Shown here one piece after another: positions 27,648-37,567 of a DNA stretch of 64,000 nucleotides; within the stretch, counting starts at the first letter, position 1, and every line of letters starts with the position of its first letter. The stretch covers positions 4,501 to 68,500 of the IMG/VR virus record IMGVR_UViG_3300008448_000067. One strand, given 5' to 3'. The translations under genes were made by a program, and so were the position numbers. This DNA is from a virus. The notes under the pieces are model-generated. The model was not told where the DNA came from and did not search any database. It saw nothing but the letters and a program-made list of their open reading frames with translations.

Positions 27648-28667
27648 TTATGAATTAATAGCTACTCGCGATCGAGATTTATATTGAACAATAATCAAAC
27701 CATTGCCGCCACGGCCTCCATTACCACTCGCCGCTACAGCAGAGCCACCGGATCCACCGCCGCCGCCGGGCGATCCTAGTGCTCCGCCACCTACACCTCC
27801 GGTCGTGCCACTGTTATTTGTGCCACCTCCGCCACCACCACCGCCACCGGCACCGGTGGTGCCACTTGCTGGAGCTCCGTTTAAGAAGTTTTCAGTAAAC
27901 TGTGTTCCTTCACCACCGGCCGATCCTGCATATGCAGTTGCATTGTTAGTGTTGCGGCCATTTCCGCCGCCGCCGCCGCCTCCGTTTGTTCCAGCAGTTG
28001 ATGTTACACCACCGGTGCCGCCGGCCGCTCCTGCATAAGTTAAACCACCATTACCGCCAGTTGAGCCAGATCCATTACTACCAATTCCTCCGGTACCACC
28101 ACCGCCACCGCCTCCACCGTCAGCAGCGTTTGTTCCATTGCCACCCACACGACCAACACCTAATCCAGATCCAGCAGATCCTCCTCCGCCTCCTCCAGAT
28201 CCGGTAGTAGCTCCGCCAGATCCACCTGCACCACCCGCAACAGTTGTTGTACCAATTGCACCGGTAGTTGAACCACCAGCGCCGCCCGTTCCGCTCGATG
28301 CACCTGTCCCGCCATTCGCCAGAGCACCCTGAGCCGTTGTCGTTGGTGCAGTGTTTGCGCCTGAAGCATTCAACCATGTAACTCCACCGGCACCACCAGT
28401 ACCAGATGCTGTTGTTGCACCAGTTCCGCCTAATCCGATGTTAAAGTAAACCAGCTGGCCAGGAGTTAATTGTACAGCAGTAGATACAGAATATCCACCT
28501 CCGCCACCACCGCCCCAAGATGCACCATTGTTAGGACCTCTTGAACCGCCAGCTCCAGCACCAATAACTGTTATAGTAGCATTTGAAGTAACTTCTATAC
28601 CAGTCGGAACAGTCCAACTACTAAATCCAGTTGTTGTAAAAACTTCTACTATTACTATATCAGTCAT
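27648..28667 (-). CDS. Glycine-rich (polyglycine-II type) adhesin-like protein
   Basis: FTTTG..SWTVP.G...VIGAGAGG...GGGGGGYS and C-terminal GGRGGNGLIIVQY; coupled to the fibre stop (TAATG); GC-richer than flanks. Confidence 0.7.
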   Translation of the reverse strand: MTDIVIVEVFTTTGFSSWTVPTGIEVTSNATITVIGAGAGGSRGPNNGASWGGGGGGGYSVSTAVQLTPGQLVYFNIGLGGTGATTASGTGGAGGVTWLNASGANTAPTTTAQGALANGGTGASSGTGGAGGSTTGAIGTTTVAGGAGGSGGATTGSGGGGGGSAGSGLGVGRVGGNGTNAADGGGGGGGGTGGIGSNGSGSTGGNGGLTYAGAAGGTGGVTSTAGTNGGGGGGGNGRNTNNATAYAGSAGGEGTQFTENFLNGAPASGTTGAGGGGGGGGGTNNSGTTGGVGGGALGSPGGGGGSGGSAVAASGNGGRGGNGLIIVQYKSRSRVAINS

Positions 28668-31600
28668 TACGTAAACCTCAACGTACCGTGTAGTTCATTA
28701 ACTGTGCCTGTAACTGCATTAACAGTGACCCATATAAACGAAGCAGCAGTTGGTGTACTGTTAGTAAATGATGTTAACGTATTACCATTTGTAGTATTAG
28801 AAATTGCCATATTACTTTGAATTACTGTTGCTGAAGCTCTACTATTACCCCACGAGAAAGTAACATTTGCATTCGGTGTGGTACCTCTGACTACAGTTCT
28901 TATTTCAGCTAATGTAAGTGCAGTATTAGACCAAAGAATTGTAACTTCATCGCCAGCACCCGGAGAAAGAATTGTAAACGATTTAGGCCCTAGCAACCCC
29001 TGAGATCCGACAAATCCTACAGATCCAGTAAAGCCAATAGATCCAGTAAACCCTACTGAGCCAGTAAATCCAATATCACCTTTTGATCCAACAAATCCTA
29101 CAGATCCTGTGAATCCAATAGACCCTACTGAGCCAGTAAATCCAATATCACCTTTTGATCCAACAAATCCTACAGATCCTGTGAATCCAATATCACCAAC
29201 TGATCCTGTAAATCCAGTACCGCCGGATCCGACAAATCCTACTGATCCAGTAAATCCAACTGAGCCGGTAAATCCTACAGATCCAGTAAATCCTATCGAA
29301 CCCGTGAATCCCACAGAGCCTGTAAATCCTGCTCCAGCTGAACCCGTAAATCCAGTTCCTCCAGATCCAACAAATCCTACTGAACCGGTGAAGCCAGCGC
29401 CGACAGATCCTGTAAATCCATTAGATCCTGGAGATCCGGTATAACCAATAGGAGCTAGACCGTCTGAATCAATCCATACATCATTAACTGCTGGAGATTC
29501 TGGTGCAGTTGTTTGTACAGTAATGCCTGTTGCACCTTTAGATCCAGTAAATCCAATCGATCCTGTAAATCCTGTACCACCAGAGCCAACAAATCCTACT
29601 GAACCAGTAAATCCAGCTCCAGCGGAACCAGTAAATCCGATCGATCCTGTAAATCCTTCAGATCCAACAAATCCTACTGAACCGGTAAATCCAGCACCAG
29701 CTGAACCCGTAAATCCAGTACCACCGGATCCTACAAATCCAACTGAACCAGTAAATCCAGCACCAGCTGAACCCGTAAATCCAGTACCGCCGGATCCGAC
29801 AAACCCAACTGATCCTGTAAATCCTGCTCCTACAGAGCCTGTAAATCCAGTTCCTCCAGAACCAACGAATCCTACTGATCCAGTAAATCCTGCGCCGGTT
29901 GATCCAGTAAATCCTATCGAACCCGTGAATCCATTCGATCCGGAAAATCCATTCGATCCAGCAGATCCAGTATAACCAACTGGCGTTGTTGCATCAGAAT
30001 CAACCCACAAATCATCTACAGCTGGAGCCACAGGAGCTGTAGATGATACTGTAATTCCTTTAGAACCAACAAACCCTACTGAACCAACAAATCCTACAGA
30101 CCCTGTAAATCCTATAGACCCTGTAAACCCTATGGATCCAGTAAATCCAGATGATCCTGTAAATCCTATAGACCCTGTAAATCCTATAGACCCTGTAAAC
30201 CCTACAGATCCTGTGAATCCAGATGATCCTGTGAATCCAGATGATCCAGTGAATCCTACAGATCCTGTGAATCCAGATGATCCTGTGAATCCAGATGATC
30301 CTGTGAATCCAGTAGAACCGGTAAACCCTACTGATCCAGTAAATCCAGACGATCCAGTGAATCCAGATGATCCAGAGAATCCTACAGATCCTGTGAATCC
30401 AGATGATCCTGTGAATCCAAGATTACCAACTCTTGAAAAATTGACTGCTAAAGTTGCTAAGTTTGTAGGTAATGATCCTGAAACATATGCCACTGGAATT
30501 TTATAATATCCAGCGCCAACAGTAACACCACCAGTCACATTGAATATATTGACTGTAGTACTTCCAGCAAGATTACCAATAATGGTTACTTGACCTCTCA
30601 CTGTATTGGTACTATCATCCCATGTATCATACCATGCAGTTTGAGTAACGCCCGCCGCGTCGATATTATCAATAAAGAGTTGTGTTACAGATGCTATATT
30701 AGTGTTACTATATGCAACAATACCATTGCCAGGATCAGCATCAGTAGTAGTGGTGGTGAATGCGTATCGAACACCACCTTTGTCACCCACAGATCCGACA
30801 AACCCTACTGATCCAGCGAATCCAACAGAACCAACGAATCCTACAGATCCAGAGAATCCTACTGATCCAGTGAATCCTGTAGATCCCGCAAATCCAACAG
30901 ATCCTGTAAATCCGATTGATCCCGCAAACCCAACAGACCCGACAAATCCAGTAGAACCAACAAATCCTACTGAGCCTGTAAATCCAACAGAGCCAGCGAA
31001 CCCTACTGATCCAGTAAATCCGATTGAACCGGTGAAGCCAGTTCCTGTAGATCCTGTAAAGCCTACAGATCCAACGAATCCAGCTCCTGTTGATCCGACA
31101 AAACCAACAGATCCAGTGAAGCCGGCTCCTGTTGATCCAGTGAATCCAACACCCTGTGAACCTGTAAATCCAACAGATCCAGTAAAGCCGGCTCCAGCAG
31201 ATCCTGTATATCCTAATGCACCAGTAGCACCAGATAAGTTAACAGTCCATGAAGAAAATGTACCAGAACCACTAGTTAGTGTAACGTTAACAATAAGCTG
31301 TCCAGTACCACTATTATAACTGGTAACAGTACCTTCCATGTAGTTATTGACATCGGCAACAATTTTAACTGGCTGAGTTGGTGTGTATGCTAAGTTTAAA
31401 CCAACAGTAAATGTTTTTGAGCCAGTTCCAATTGTGTTATTGGTAGAACTGGTAGTAAGATACGTATCACCCTTGGAGCCAGTGAAACCTGATGAGCCAG
31501 TGAAGCCAGTTCCTGTAGAACCAACAAATCCTACTGATCCAGTAAATCCTGTTCCAGTTGATCCTACAAATCCAACAGAGCCAGTAAAGCCTACACCCTG

Positions 31601-32254
31601 AGATCCTACGAATCCAACTGATCCAGTAAATCCTGTTCCAGTTGATCCTACAAATCCAACAGAGCCAGTAAAGCCTACACCCTGAGATCCTACAAATCCA
31701 ACTGATCCAGTAAAGCCAGCTCCAGCAGATCCTACAAACCCTACTGATCCAGAAAATCCTACTGACCCTGTGAATCCAGATGATCCAGTAAATCCTACAG
31801 ATCCTGTAAAGCCTATGGATCCAGTAAATCCAGCTGATCCATTAAACCCTACTGAACCAGTGAATCCTCTCGAACCGTCAAACCCTTTTGATCCAACAAA
31901 TCCAGTTCCAGTAGATCCTGTAAATCCAGCTGATCCATTAAACCCTACTGAACCAGTGAATCCATCTCCGCTTCCACCACCAGTACGCCAATATACTGTA
32001 GTTCCATTAGAACTAAGTACTTGGCCATTTGATCCAACAGCACCATTGGCTACAATAGATTGTACAGAAAGAGTTGAAAGATTACTACCAACTTCAAAAA
32101 CAACACTGCCATTCGACACGTGAATTTTTTGATCAGTCAAGTTAATGGCTAACTCGCCGGGATAAATATATTGGGTATTTGCGGTATTAGCCGCTTCTGG
32201 CAATCGCCCTGAAACTGAAGTTCTTTTATGAACAATAGGTATCGTATTTGCCAT
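28667..32254 (-). CDS. Collagen-like fibre protein with GFTGS arrays and inserted globular domains
   Basis: Likely start MANTIP at 32254. N-terminal anchor HKRTSV..P....GELAINLTDQKI; GFTGS arrays interrupted by two globular domains and two P..P..D[LV]W.DSD nodes; C-terminal beta domain. Confidence 0.85.
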   Translation of the reverse strand: MANTIPIVHKRTSVSGRLPEAANTANTQYIYPGELAINLTDQKIHVSNGSVVFEVGSNLSTLSVQSIVANGAVGSNGQVLSSNGTTVYWRTGGGSGDGFTGSVGFNGSAGFTGSTGTGFVGSKGFDGSRGFTGSVGFNGSAGFTGSIGFTGSVGFTGSSGFTGSVGFSGSVGFVGSAGAGFTGSVGFVGSQGVGFTGSVGFVGSTGTGFTGSVGFVGSQGVGFTGSVGFVGSTGTGFTGSVGFVGSTGTGFTGSSGFTGSKGDTYLTTSSTNNTIGTGSKTFTVGLNLAYTPTQPVKIVADVNNYMEGTVTSYNSGTGQLIVNVTLTSGSGTFSSWTVNLSGATGALGYTGSAGAGFTGSVGFTGSQGVGFTGSTGAGFTGSVGFVGSTGAGFVGSVGFTGSTGTGFTGSIGFTGSVGFAGSVGFTGSVGFVGSTGFVGSVGFAGSIGFTGSVGFAGSTGFTGSVGFSGSVGFVGSVGFAGSVGFVGSVGDKGGVRYAFTTTTTDADPGNGIVAYSNTNIASVTQLFIDNIDAAGVTQTAWYDTWDDSTNTVRGQVTIIGNLAGSTTVNIFNVTGGVTVGAGYYKIPVAYVSGSLPTNLATLAVNFSRVGNLGFTGSSGFTGSVGFSGSSGFTGSSGFTGSVGFTGSTGFTGSSGFTGSSGFTGSVGFTGSSGFTGSSGFTGSVGFTGSIGFTGSIGFTGSSGFTGSIGFTGSIGFTGSVGFVGSVGFVGSKGITVSSTAPVAPAVDDLWVDSDATTPVGYTGSAGSNGFSGSNGFTGSIGFTGSTGAGFTGSVGFVGSGGTGFTGSVGAGFTGSVGFVGSGGTGFTGSAGAGFTGSVGFVGSGGTGFTGSAGAGFTGSVGFVGSEGFTGSIGFTGSAGAGFTGSVGFVGSGGTGFTGSIGFTGSKGATGITVQTTAPESPAVNDVWIDSDGLAPIGYTGSPGSNGFTGSVGAGFTGSVGFVGSGGTGFTGSAGAGFTGSVGFTGSIGFTGSVGFTGSVGFTGSVGFVGSGGTGFTGSVGDIGFTGSVGFVGSKGDIGFTGSVGSIGFTGSVGFVGSKGDIGFTGSVGFTGSIGFTGSVGFVGSQGLLGPKSFTILSPGAGDEVTILWSNTALTLAEIRTVVRGTTPNANVTFSWGNSRASATVIQSNMAISNTTNGNTLTSFTNSTPTAASFIWVTVNAVTGTVNELHGTLRFT
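29000..31965 (-). repeat. Collagen-like (GFTGSx)n array 2 (segmented)
   Basis: Degenerate 18-nt tandem repeats, including a near-perfect 84-nt duplication at ~31536-31700. Confidence 0.92.
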
Positions 32255-32298
32255 ATGGTCTCTTCTGCAGATATATATCTTGTGCATCAACTATTTAG

Positions 32299-32326
32299 TT
32301 GACATTTATTTAAAACTATTTATAAT
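32299..32326 (+). promoter_or_regulatory. Sigma70 consensus promoter for the glycosyltransferase, overlapping a minus-strand late promoter
   Basis: Plus strand TTGACA(32299-32304)-16 nt-TATAAT(32321-32326); minus strand TATAAATA at 32324-32317 faces the fibre gene. Confidence 0.75.
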
Positions 32327-32335
32327 GGATCTAAT

Positions 32336-35300
32336 ATGAAGATTGCTTTTATTGATACACTTGGCTTGACGTATGATGGATCTACTCTTTCAAAGAGAGG
32401 TCTAGGTGGATCCGAATCTGCTGTAATTCGTATGGCTCATGAGTTAGCTCAAATTGGATTTGATGTTACAGTATTTAATGATTGCACGTCTGATGAATCA
32501 CAATCTGGTATATATCATGGAGTTACGTACACTCCGCTTGAAGCTGCTACAATAGCTCAAACTCCATTTGATGTTTGTATAGTTTCTAGATCCATTCGGC
32601 CATATTTCGAAAGCTGGTATGTTTGTGCAACAGCACGACATAAAGTTCTCTGGATGCATGATACCTTCTGTGAAGGTGATAATGAAATTGAAAATCTTAT
32701 TGTCCAGGGAAAAATTGATGAAATCTTTACTCTTTCTGATTGGCACACTGGTTACGTAACGCACGCAGATCATGGTCGGCGACGTAACTTTGATATTCTA
32801 AAAAATCATATCTTTATGACTCGCAACGGAATCGGGAATATGAATCCCGGTTGGATTGATGTTCGTGAAAAAGATCCAGATCTATTTGTATTCAATGCTT
32901 CAGTCACAAAGGGCATGGTTCCACTTGTCAAGCAAATCTGGCCAAAAGTAAAAGAACGTATTCCACAGGCAAAACTTAAGATTGTTGGTGGATACTATAA
33001 GTTTCGTGAAGCTTCTGGTCCAGATCAACAACAAAAAGACTGGACAGAAATGTCCTTACAGCATGGTAAAAATATAGATTTTACTGGAGTAATTACTCAA
33101 CAAGAGATTTCCGATATTTTGCGTGAAGCAAGTTATATGATTTATCCGGTTGGGTTTCCAGAAACATTTGGTATCTCAACACTCGAAGCACTAGCTCACA
33201 ACGTTCCACTTATTACATGCCGGTTCGGCGCTCTCGAAGAGACTGCTATTGATCTTGCTTCATGGAAGATTAACTATCCAGTCGAGCCAAATTGGGCTTT
33301 ACCATGGCTTGATCAAAATTCACAGGTAGATATTTTTGTTGACGCAGTAGTGAATGCGTATAATAACAAGTATCTGCATCAACAAAAAATGTATGCTTGT
33401 AATCAAGTCAAAGATATTTGCACCTGGGATACTGTTGCTCTACAGTGGAAGCAGCATCTCTATCATAAGCTCGGTGAATACCTGCCTGTTGATGAATATC
33501 GTAAGGTAACAAAGATCAACGACAAGGTTCGTAGAGTATTCAACCGGCGATTCTTGAATAAAGAAGAGATGCGTGAATCATGCCAAAGTCCTTTTTGGCC
33601 AATCTCGATTATTACACCGGTCTATAATGCAGAGAATTATATTGTAAAATGTATTGCTTCTGTTGCACAACAGGACTATCATAACTACGTGATGCATATC
33701 ATCGATGATTGCTCTACTGACAATACGGCGCAAGTAGCACAAGAGTATATTGACTCTTTACCAGAGGATATTCGATATAACTTTGTTCTTCATAGAAACG
33801 GTGAAAACCTTGGAGCCGTCTGCAATCAGGTGAACACCATCGAAAAAGAGTGTGGCCATGATATAGTCATGCTACTTGATGGAGATGATTGGCTGATCAA
33901 CGATCCGAATCTATTCCATAAGTACAATAACCTCTACAATGAAGGCGCAGAGTTTACTTACGGATCTTGTTGGTCTGTAGTAGATAGTATTCCTCTCATT
34001 GCTCAGGAGTATCCACCTGAAGTAAAGAAATCAAAGACATATCGAGATTATAAATTTAATTGGAATATGCCATACACTCACCTGCGTACATTTAAAGCTC
34101 ATTTGATGCATGACTTTTTGCGGGCAAATGGTAACTATGCGTTCAGAGATGAAGATGGCAATTGGTTGAAGGCGGGTGGAGACACTGCAGTATTCTATTC
34201 AATGATTGAGGCTGCTGATCCGGATAACGTCGTATGTGTTTCTGATATTGTGTATAATTATAATGATGCTAATCCACTTAATGATTATAAAGTCAATTCT
34301 ACTGAACAAACAAAAACTGCTACTAAAGTATTGAATAAAATTCCAAAGATTAAATCTAAAGACTATAGTGCAATATTACAAAGATTAAGAGAGCTTCATG
34401 ATCAACGATTGCTCCCACAACAACACGTAGATTATTTGTGGAAAATGAAGAACACGGGTGTTGAGCCAAAAGTAATTTACGATATTGGTGCCTGTGTTCT
34501 TCATTGGACAAACAGAGCTAAACAAGTATGGCCGAACTCCAAATTTATTCCTATTGAAGCAATGGAGGAAGTTGGTGAATTATATGCTGAAAGTGGATTT
34601 GATCAATACGTAGCCGGCTGCATACTCAGTGATAAGCAAGAAGAAGTATACTTCTATGAAAATCTAGAGCACCCAGGCGGCAATTCTTTATTTAAAGAAA
34701 ATGCTCAATTATCGCCTCGGGCAGAAGAACTTTTTCCGGAAACTAGCAAAGTAAAAAGAACTACACAAACACTCGATAACATCGTTAATATTATGAATTT
34801 GCCAAAGCCTGATCTGATTAAAATGGATATACAAGGCGCAGAATTAAGTGTATTAAAAGGTGCGCACAATACTCTTACACACTGTAATCATTTAATACTA
34901 GAATTACAGCATGTTGACTATAACTTCGGAGCGCCGAAAGCTCAAGAAGTAATTGAATATCTAAAAACTATTGGATTCAATCTTGTGAACGATGGAATGT
35001 TTTGTGAAGGTGATCTTAAAGTAGACGGTGATTATCACTTTGTCAAGGAAAATAAAAATACTTTAAAAGATGATGAACAAAAGTTTTCTGTAGTAGTTCC
35101 TACTATGTGGAAGTGTGATCAATTTAAAGACACTCTTCAAAAATTAATTGACTGTGATGTTGTTGATGAAATCATGATATATGATAACAATCCAACGGCC
35201 GCATTTGATCTGCCTGAAAGTAAAAAGATTGTATTACTGGGCACTGGAAAAAATGATTATGTAAATCCAGTTTGGAATGAGTGTACTAAGCGAGCTAAGA

Positions 35301-37051
35301 ATGATTACGTCTTACTCTTGAATGATGATATCGATTTTGAAATGGATATTTTTGAGAAAGTAAGACCATTTGTTGCTAATACAAATAATGGAGTTATAGG
35401 ACTGTGCGCTGGATTAGAGCAATTTAATCAGCCAGTAGTTACGGATGGTTCTATCGATATCATCGTACCTCCTCAGGGATATCACCATTTTGGTTTTGGT
35501 TGTTTGATGTTTGTCAACAAGAAAAACTGGAAAGATATTCCGAAAGAACTAAAGGTTTACTTCGGGGATTACTATATCTGGGATTACTGCATAACTCAAA
35601 ATAAACAGCCATACATTATTACTAACTTTGCTTACACTACAAAATGGGCCCAAACCACCGGTGCTATTTACAACGAAATATCTGAAATGCATGAATTTGA
35701 AAAGAAAGCATACGAGAATATTTTACACGATCTACATTCAGGCGAAACAAGAGAGGAAGTTAACATTACTAAAAATATTTTGATCGCTATTCCATGTAAG
35801 AATGATATCGAAGCTGATACCTTTAAATCAATCTATGATCTCATTATTCCAGAAGGATACAAAGCTCATTTCCAGTACTTTTATGGCTATGCTGTAGATC
35901 AGGTACGTAACCTTATTGCTGAATGGACTATAAAGGGATATGATTATCTATTTGCAGTAGATCACGATATTGTCTTTGCTCCGGATACTCTACAGAAGTT
36001 GTTAGATGCAAAGAAGCCTATTGTATCTGGAATCTATCGTCAAAGACTCGAAAAGCAAACAATTGAAGTTTATGATCGTGATTATCGTCATCTTCAATAT
36101 GAAGATCTTCATGGCAAGGGATTGATAGAAATTGGTGGGTGTGGATTTGGATGCGTACTTGTTCAAAAAGAAGTTTTCGCTAACTTAAAATATCCACACT
36201 TTGTATATCATCAGGCCTTAAATCACGCTAATACTTTTAGTGAAGATCTTGATTTTTGCAAAAAAGCAAGAGAAAAAGGTTATACCATTTGGTGTGATAC
36301 GTCAATAGTATGTGGACATGTTGGCCAAAAAATCTGGTTGCCAGAATTACCAAAGACAGAACCAGAAGTATCACCACAACTTGCTCGCTTGCGTGAATTG
36401 CGTAACATGGATCTGTTTCCACAAGACCATGTTGACTATTTAAAGAGTTTGAAAAAGAGTGGATTTAATCCAAAAGTAATTTACGATATCGGAGCGTGTG
36501 TTCTTCATTGGACAGATAAAGCTCGTACGATTTGGCCAGATGCTAAGTACGTTGCATTTGATGCTATGGACGCCGCGCAGTTAATTTATCAAGAAGACGG
36601 CCTCGCATACGCATGCGGTGTTCTTGGAAGTGAAGATAATAAAGAAGTAGACTTCTGGGAAAATACAGATAACCCTGGTGGCAATTCAGTTTATAAAGAA
36701 AATATTGAATTAAGTCCGCTCGCAGATCAATTATATAGTAAGCCAGTTAAAAAGTTAACTGGAAAACTAGATACTGTTATTAAGATGTTTGATTTCCCTA
36801 CACCAGATCTTATTAAGATGGATGTTCAGGGTTCTGAATTAAATGTTCTGAAAGGAGCAACTAATACTCTTAAAAATTGTGATCACATCATTTTAGAAAT
36901 GCAAAGCGTGGATTATAATAAAGGTGCACCAAAAGTGCAAGAAGTTATCAAGTATCTGAATTCTATCGGGTTTGAAAACAAGTCAGGCATGTTCTCTGGT
37001 AATGATATCGATGGCGATTATCACTTTGTTAGAAAGTTCCGCCGTCAATAG
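32336..37051 (+). CDS. Multidomain glycosyltransferase-methyltransferase (GT4 + GT2 + FkbM + GT2 + GT-A + FkbM)
   Basis: GT-B: GLGGSESAV, ETFGISTLEA. GT2: ISIITPVYN, IDDCSTD, LDGDDW. FkbM twice: VIYDIGA, LIKMD[IV]QG.EL.VLKGA. GT2: FSVVVPT, LLLNDD. GT-A: ILIAIP, FAVDHD, GFGCVL, SEDLDFC. Confidence 0.9.
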   Translation: MKIAFIDTLGLTYDGSTLSKRGLGGSESAVIRMAHELAQIGFDVTVFNDCTSDESQSGIYHGVTYTPLEAATIAQTPFDVCIVSRSIRPYFESWYVCATARHKVLWMHDTFCEGDNEIENLIVQGKIDEIFTLSDWHTGYVTHADHGRRRNFDILKNHIFMTRNGIGNMNPGWIDVREKDPDLFVFNASVTKGMVPLVKQIWPKVKERIPQAKLKIVGGYYKFREASGPDQQQKDWTEMSLQHGKNIDFTGVITQQEISDILREASYMIYPVGFPETFGISTLEALAHNVPLITCRFGALEETAIDLASWKINYPVEPNWALPWLDQNSQVDIFVDAVVNAYNNKYLHQQKMYACNQVKDICTWDTVALQWKQHLYHKLGEYLPVDEYRKVTKINDKVRRVFNRRFLNKEEMRESCQSPFWPISIITPVYNAENYIVKCIASVAQQDYHNYVMHIIDDCSTDNTAQVAQEYIDSLPEDIRYNFVLHRNGENLGAVCNQVNTIEKECGHDIVMLLDGDDWLINDPNLFHKYNNLYNEGAEFTYGSCWSVVDSIPLIAQEYPPEVKKSKTYRDYKFNWNMPYTHLRTFKAHLMHDFLRANGNYAFRDEDGNWLKAGGDTAVFYSMIEAADPDNVVCVSDIVYNYNDANPLNDYKVNSTEQTKTATKVLNKIPKIKSKDYSAILQRLRELHDQRLLPQQHVDYLWKMKNTGVEPKVIYDIGACVLHWTNRAKQVWPNSKFIPIEAMEEVGELYAESGFDQYVAGCILSDKQEEVYFYENLEHPGGNSLFKENAQLSPRAEELFPETSKVKRTTQTLDNIVNIMNLPKPDLIKMDIQGAELSVLKGAHNTLTHCNHLILELQHVDYNFGAPKAQEVIEYLKTIGFNLVNDGMFCEGDLKVDGDYHFVKENKNTLKDDEQKFSVVVPTMWKCDQFKDTLQKLIDCDVVDEIMIYDNNPTAAFDLPESKKIVLLGTGKNDYVNPVWNECTKRAKNDYVLLLNDDIDFEMDIFEKVRPFVANTNNGVIGLCAGLEQFNQPVVTDGSIDIIVPPQGYHHFGFGCLMFVNKKNWKDIPKELKVYFGDYYIWDYCITQNKQPYIITNFAYTTKWAQTTGAIYNEISEMHEFEKKAYENILHDLHSGETREEVNITKNILIAIPCKNDIEADTFKSIYDLIIPEGYKAHFQYFYGYAVDQVRNLIAEWTIKGYDYLFAVDHDIVFAPDTLQKLLDAKKPIVSGIYRQRLEKQTIEVYDRDYRHLQYEDLHGKGLIEIGGCGFGCVLVQKEVFANLKYPHFVYHQALNHANTFSEDLDFCKKAREKGYTIWCDTSIVCGHVGQKIWLPELPKTEPEVSPQLARLRELRNMDLFPQDHVDYLKSLKKSGFNPKVIYDIGACVLHWTDKARTIWPDAKYVAFDAMDAAQLIYQEDGLAYACGVLGSEDNKEVDFWENTDNPGGNSVYKENIELSPLADQLYSKPVKKLTGKLDTVIKMFDFPTPDLIKMDVQGSELNVLKGATNTLKNCDHIILEMQSVDYNKGAPKVQEVIKYLNSIGFENKSGMFSGNDIDGDYHFVRKFRRQ

Positions 37052-37241
37052 TACCAATTATGTAAGTAGCATCTAATGGTGTTACATCATATTTGTTAGT
37101 ATTGGAATTATATACAAGAGTAGCACCATTTACTCCGTTTGCTACATTCACATCTGGTATGTCTTCAATAGTAGTAATAGTAGTTAAACCAGTTCTAGCA
37201 AATATTTTTGTGTCCTGCGTCAACTTTGCTCTATAGTTCAT
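37029..37241 (-). CDS. Small virion-associated protein
   Basis: DIPDVNV..VNGATLVYNS.TNKY and C-terminal IDGGTF; 3' end overlaps the GT gene by 23 nt. Confidence 0.6.
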   Translation of the reverse strand: MNYRAKLTQDTKIFARTGLTTITTIEDIPDVNVANGVNGATLVYNSNTNKYDVTPLDATYIIGTIDGGTF

Positions 37242-37567
37242 CGTGTGACCCCTGGAGTTACTGTAACAATACCCTCAATTATTCTAATAATAGTACCAAC
37301 ATCGCTCGTTAGTTCACAATCATACATATATCGCCCTGGTGAAATAGTATTTGTGGTATTAGCACTCATAGATAGAGTAACAACTCCGGTTGTTGGAGAA
37401 ATAGAAGTTGAAAATGAGTATGCTGTTAACGAAGTGTAATGCTTACGCATTTGAGCATTGGCAGTATAGCCAGTAAGATTAATAACGTCATCATTATCGT
37501 CAGTCACTTCAACGGTTGCGCTAAAGCTAGCACCTTGATCAATTACCATGTTTGCTTTAAGTGACAT
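37238..37567 (-). CDS. Conserved T4-like virion structural protein (BppU/Ig-like adaptor)
   Basis: IDQGASF, NLTGYTANAQMRKHY, GRYMYD.E, RIIEGIVTVTPGVTR. Confidence 0.75.
   Translation of the reverse strand: MSLKANMVIDQGASFSATVEVTDDNDDVINLTGYTANAQMRKHYTSLTAYSFSTSISPTTGVVTLSMSANTTNTISPGRYMYDCELTSDVGTIIRIIEGIVTVTPGVTR

Noticed and set aside
29000-31965. Regular short DNA repeats resembling a CRISPR array
   Set aside because: The repeats are degenerate at third codon positions, in frame, and have no unique spacers: they are coding repeats.
32336-37051. GT as a T4-type DNA glucosyltransferase
   Set aside because: The domain set (GT4, GT2, FkbM) and location among fibre genes do not resemble the alpha/beta-glucosyltransferase context. 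It is disfavoured, not excluded.
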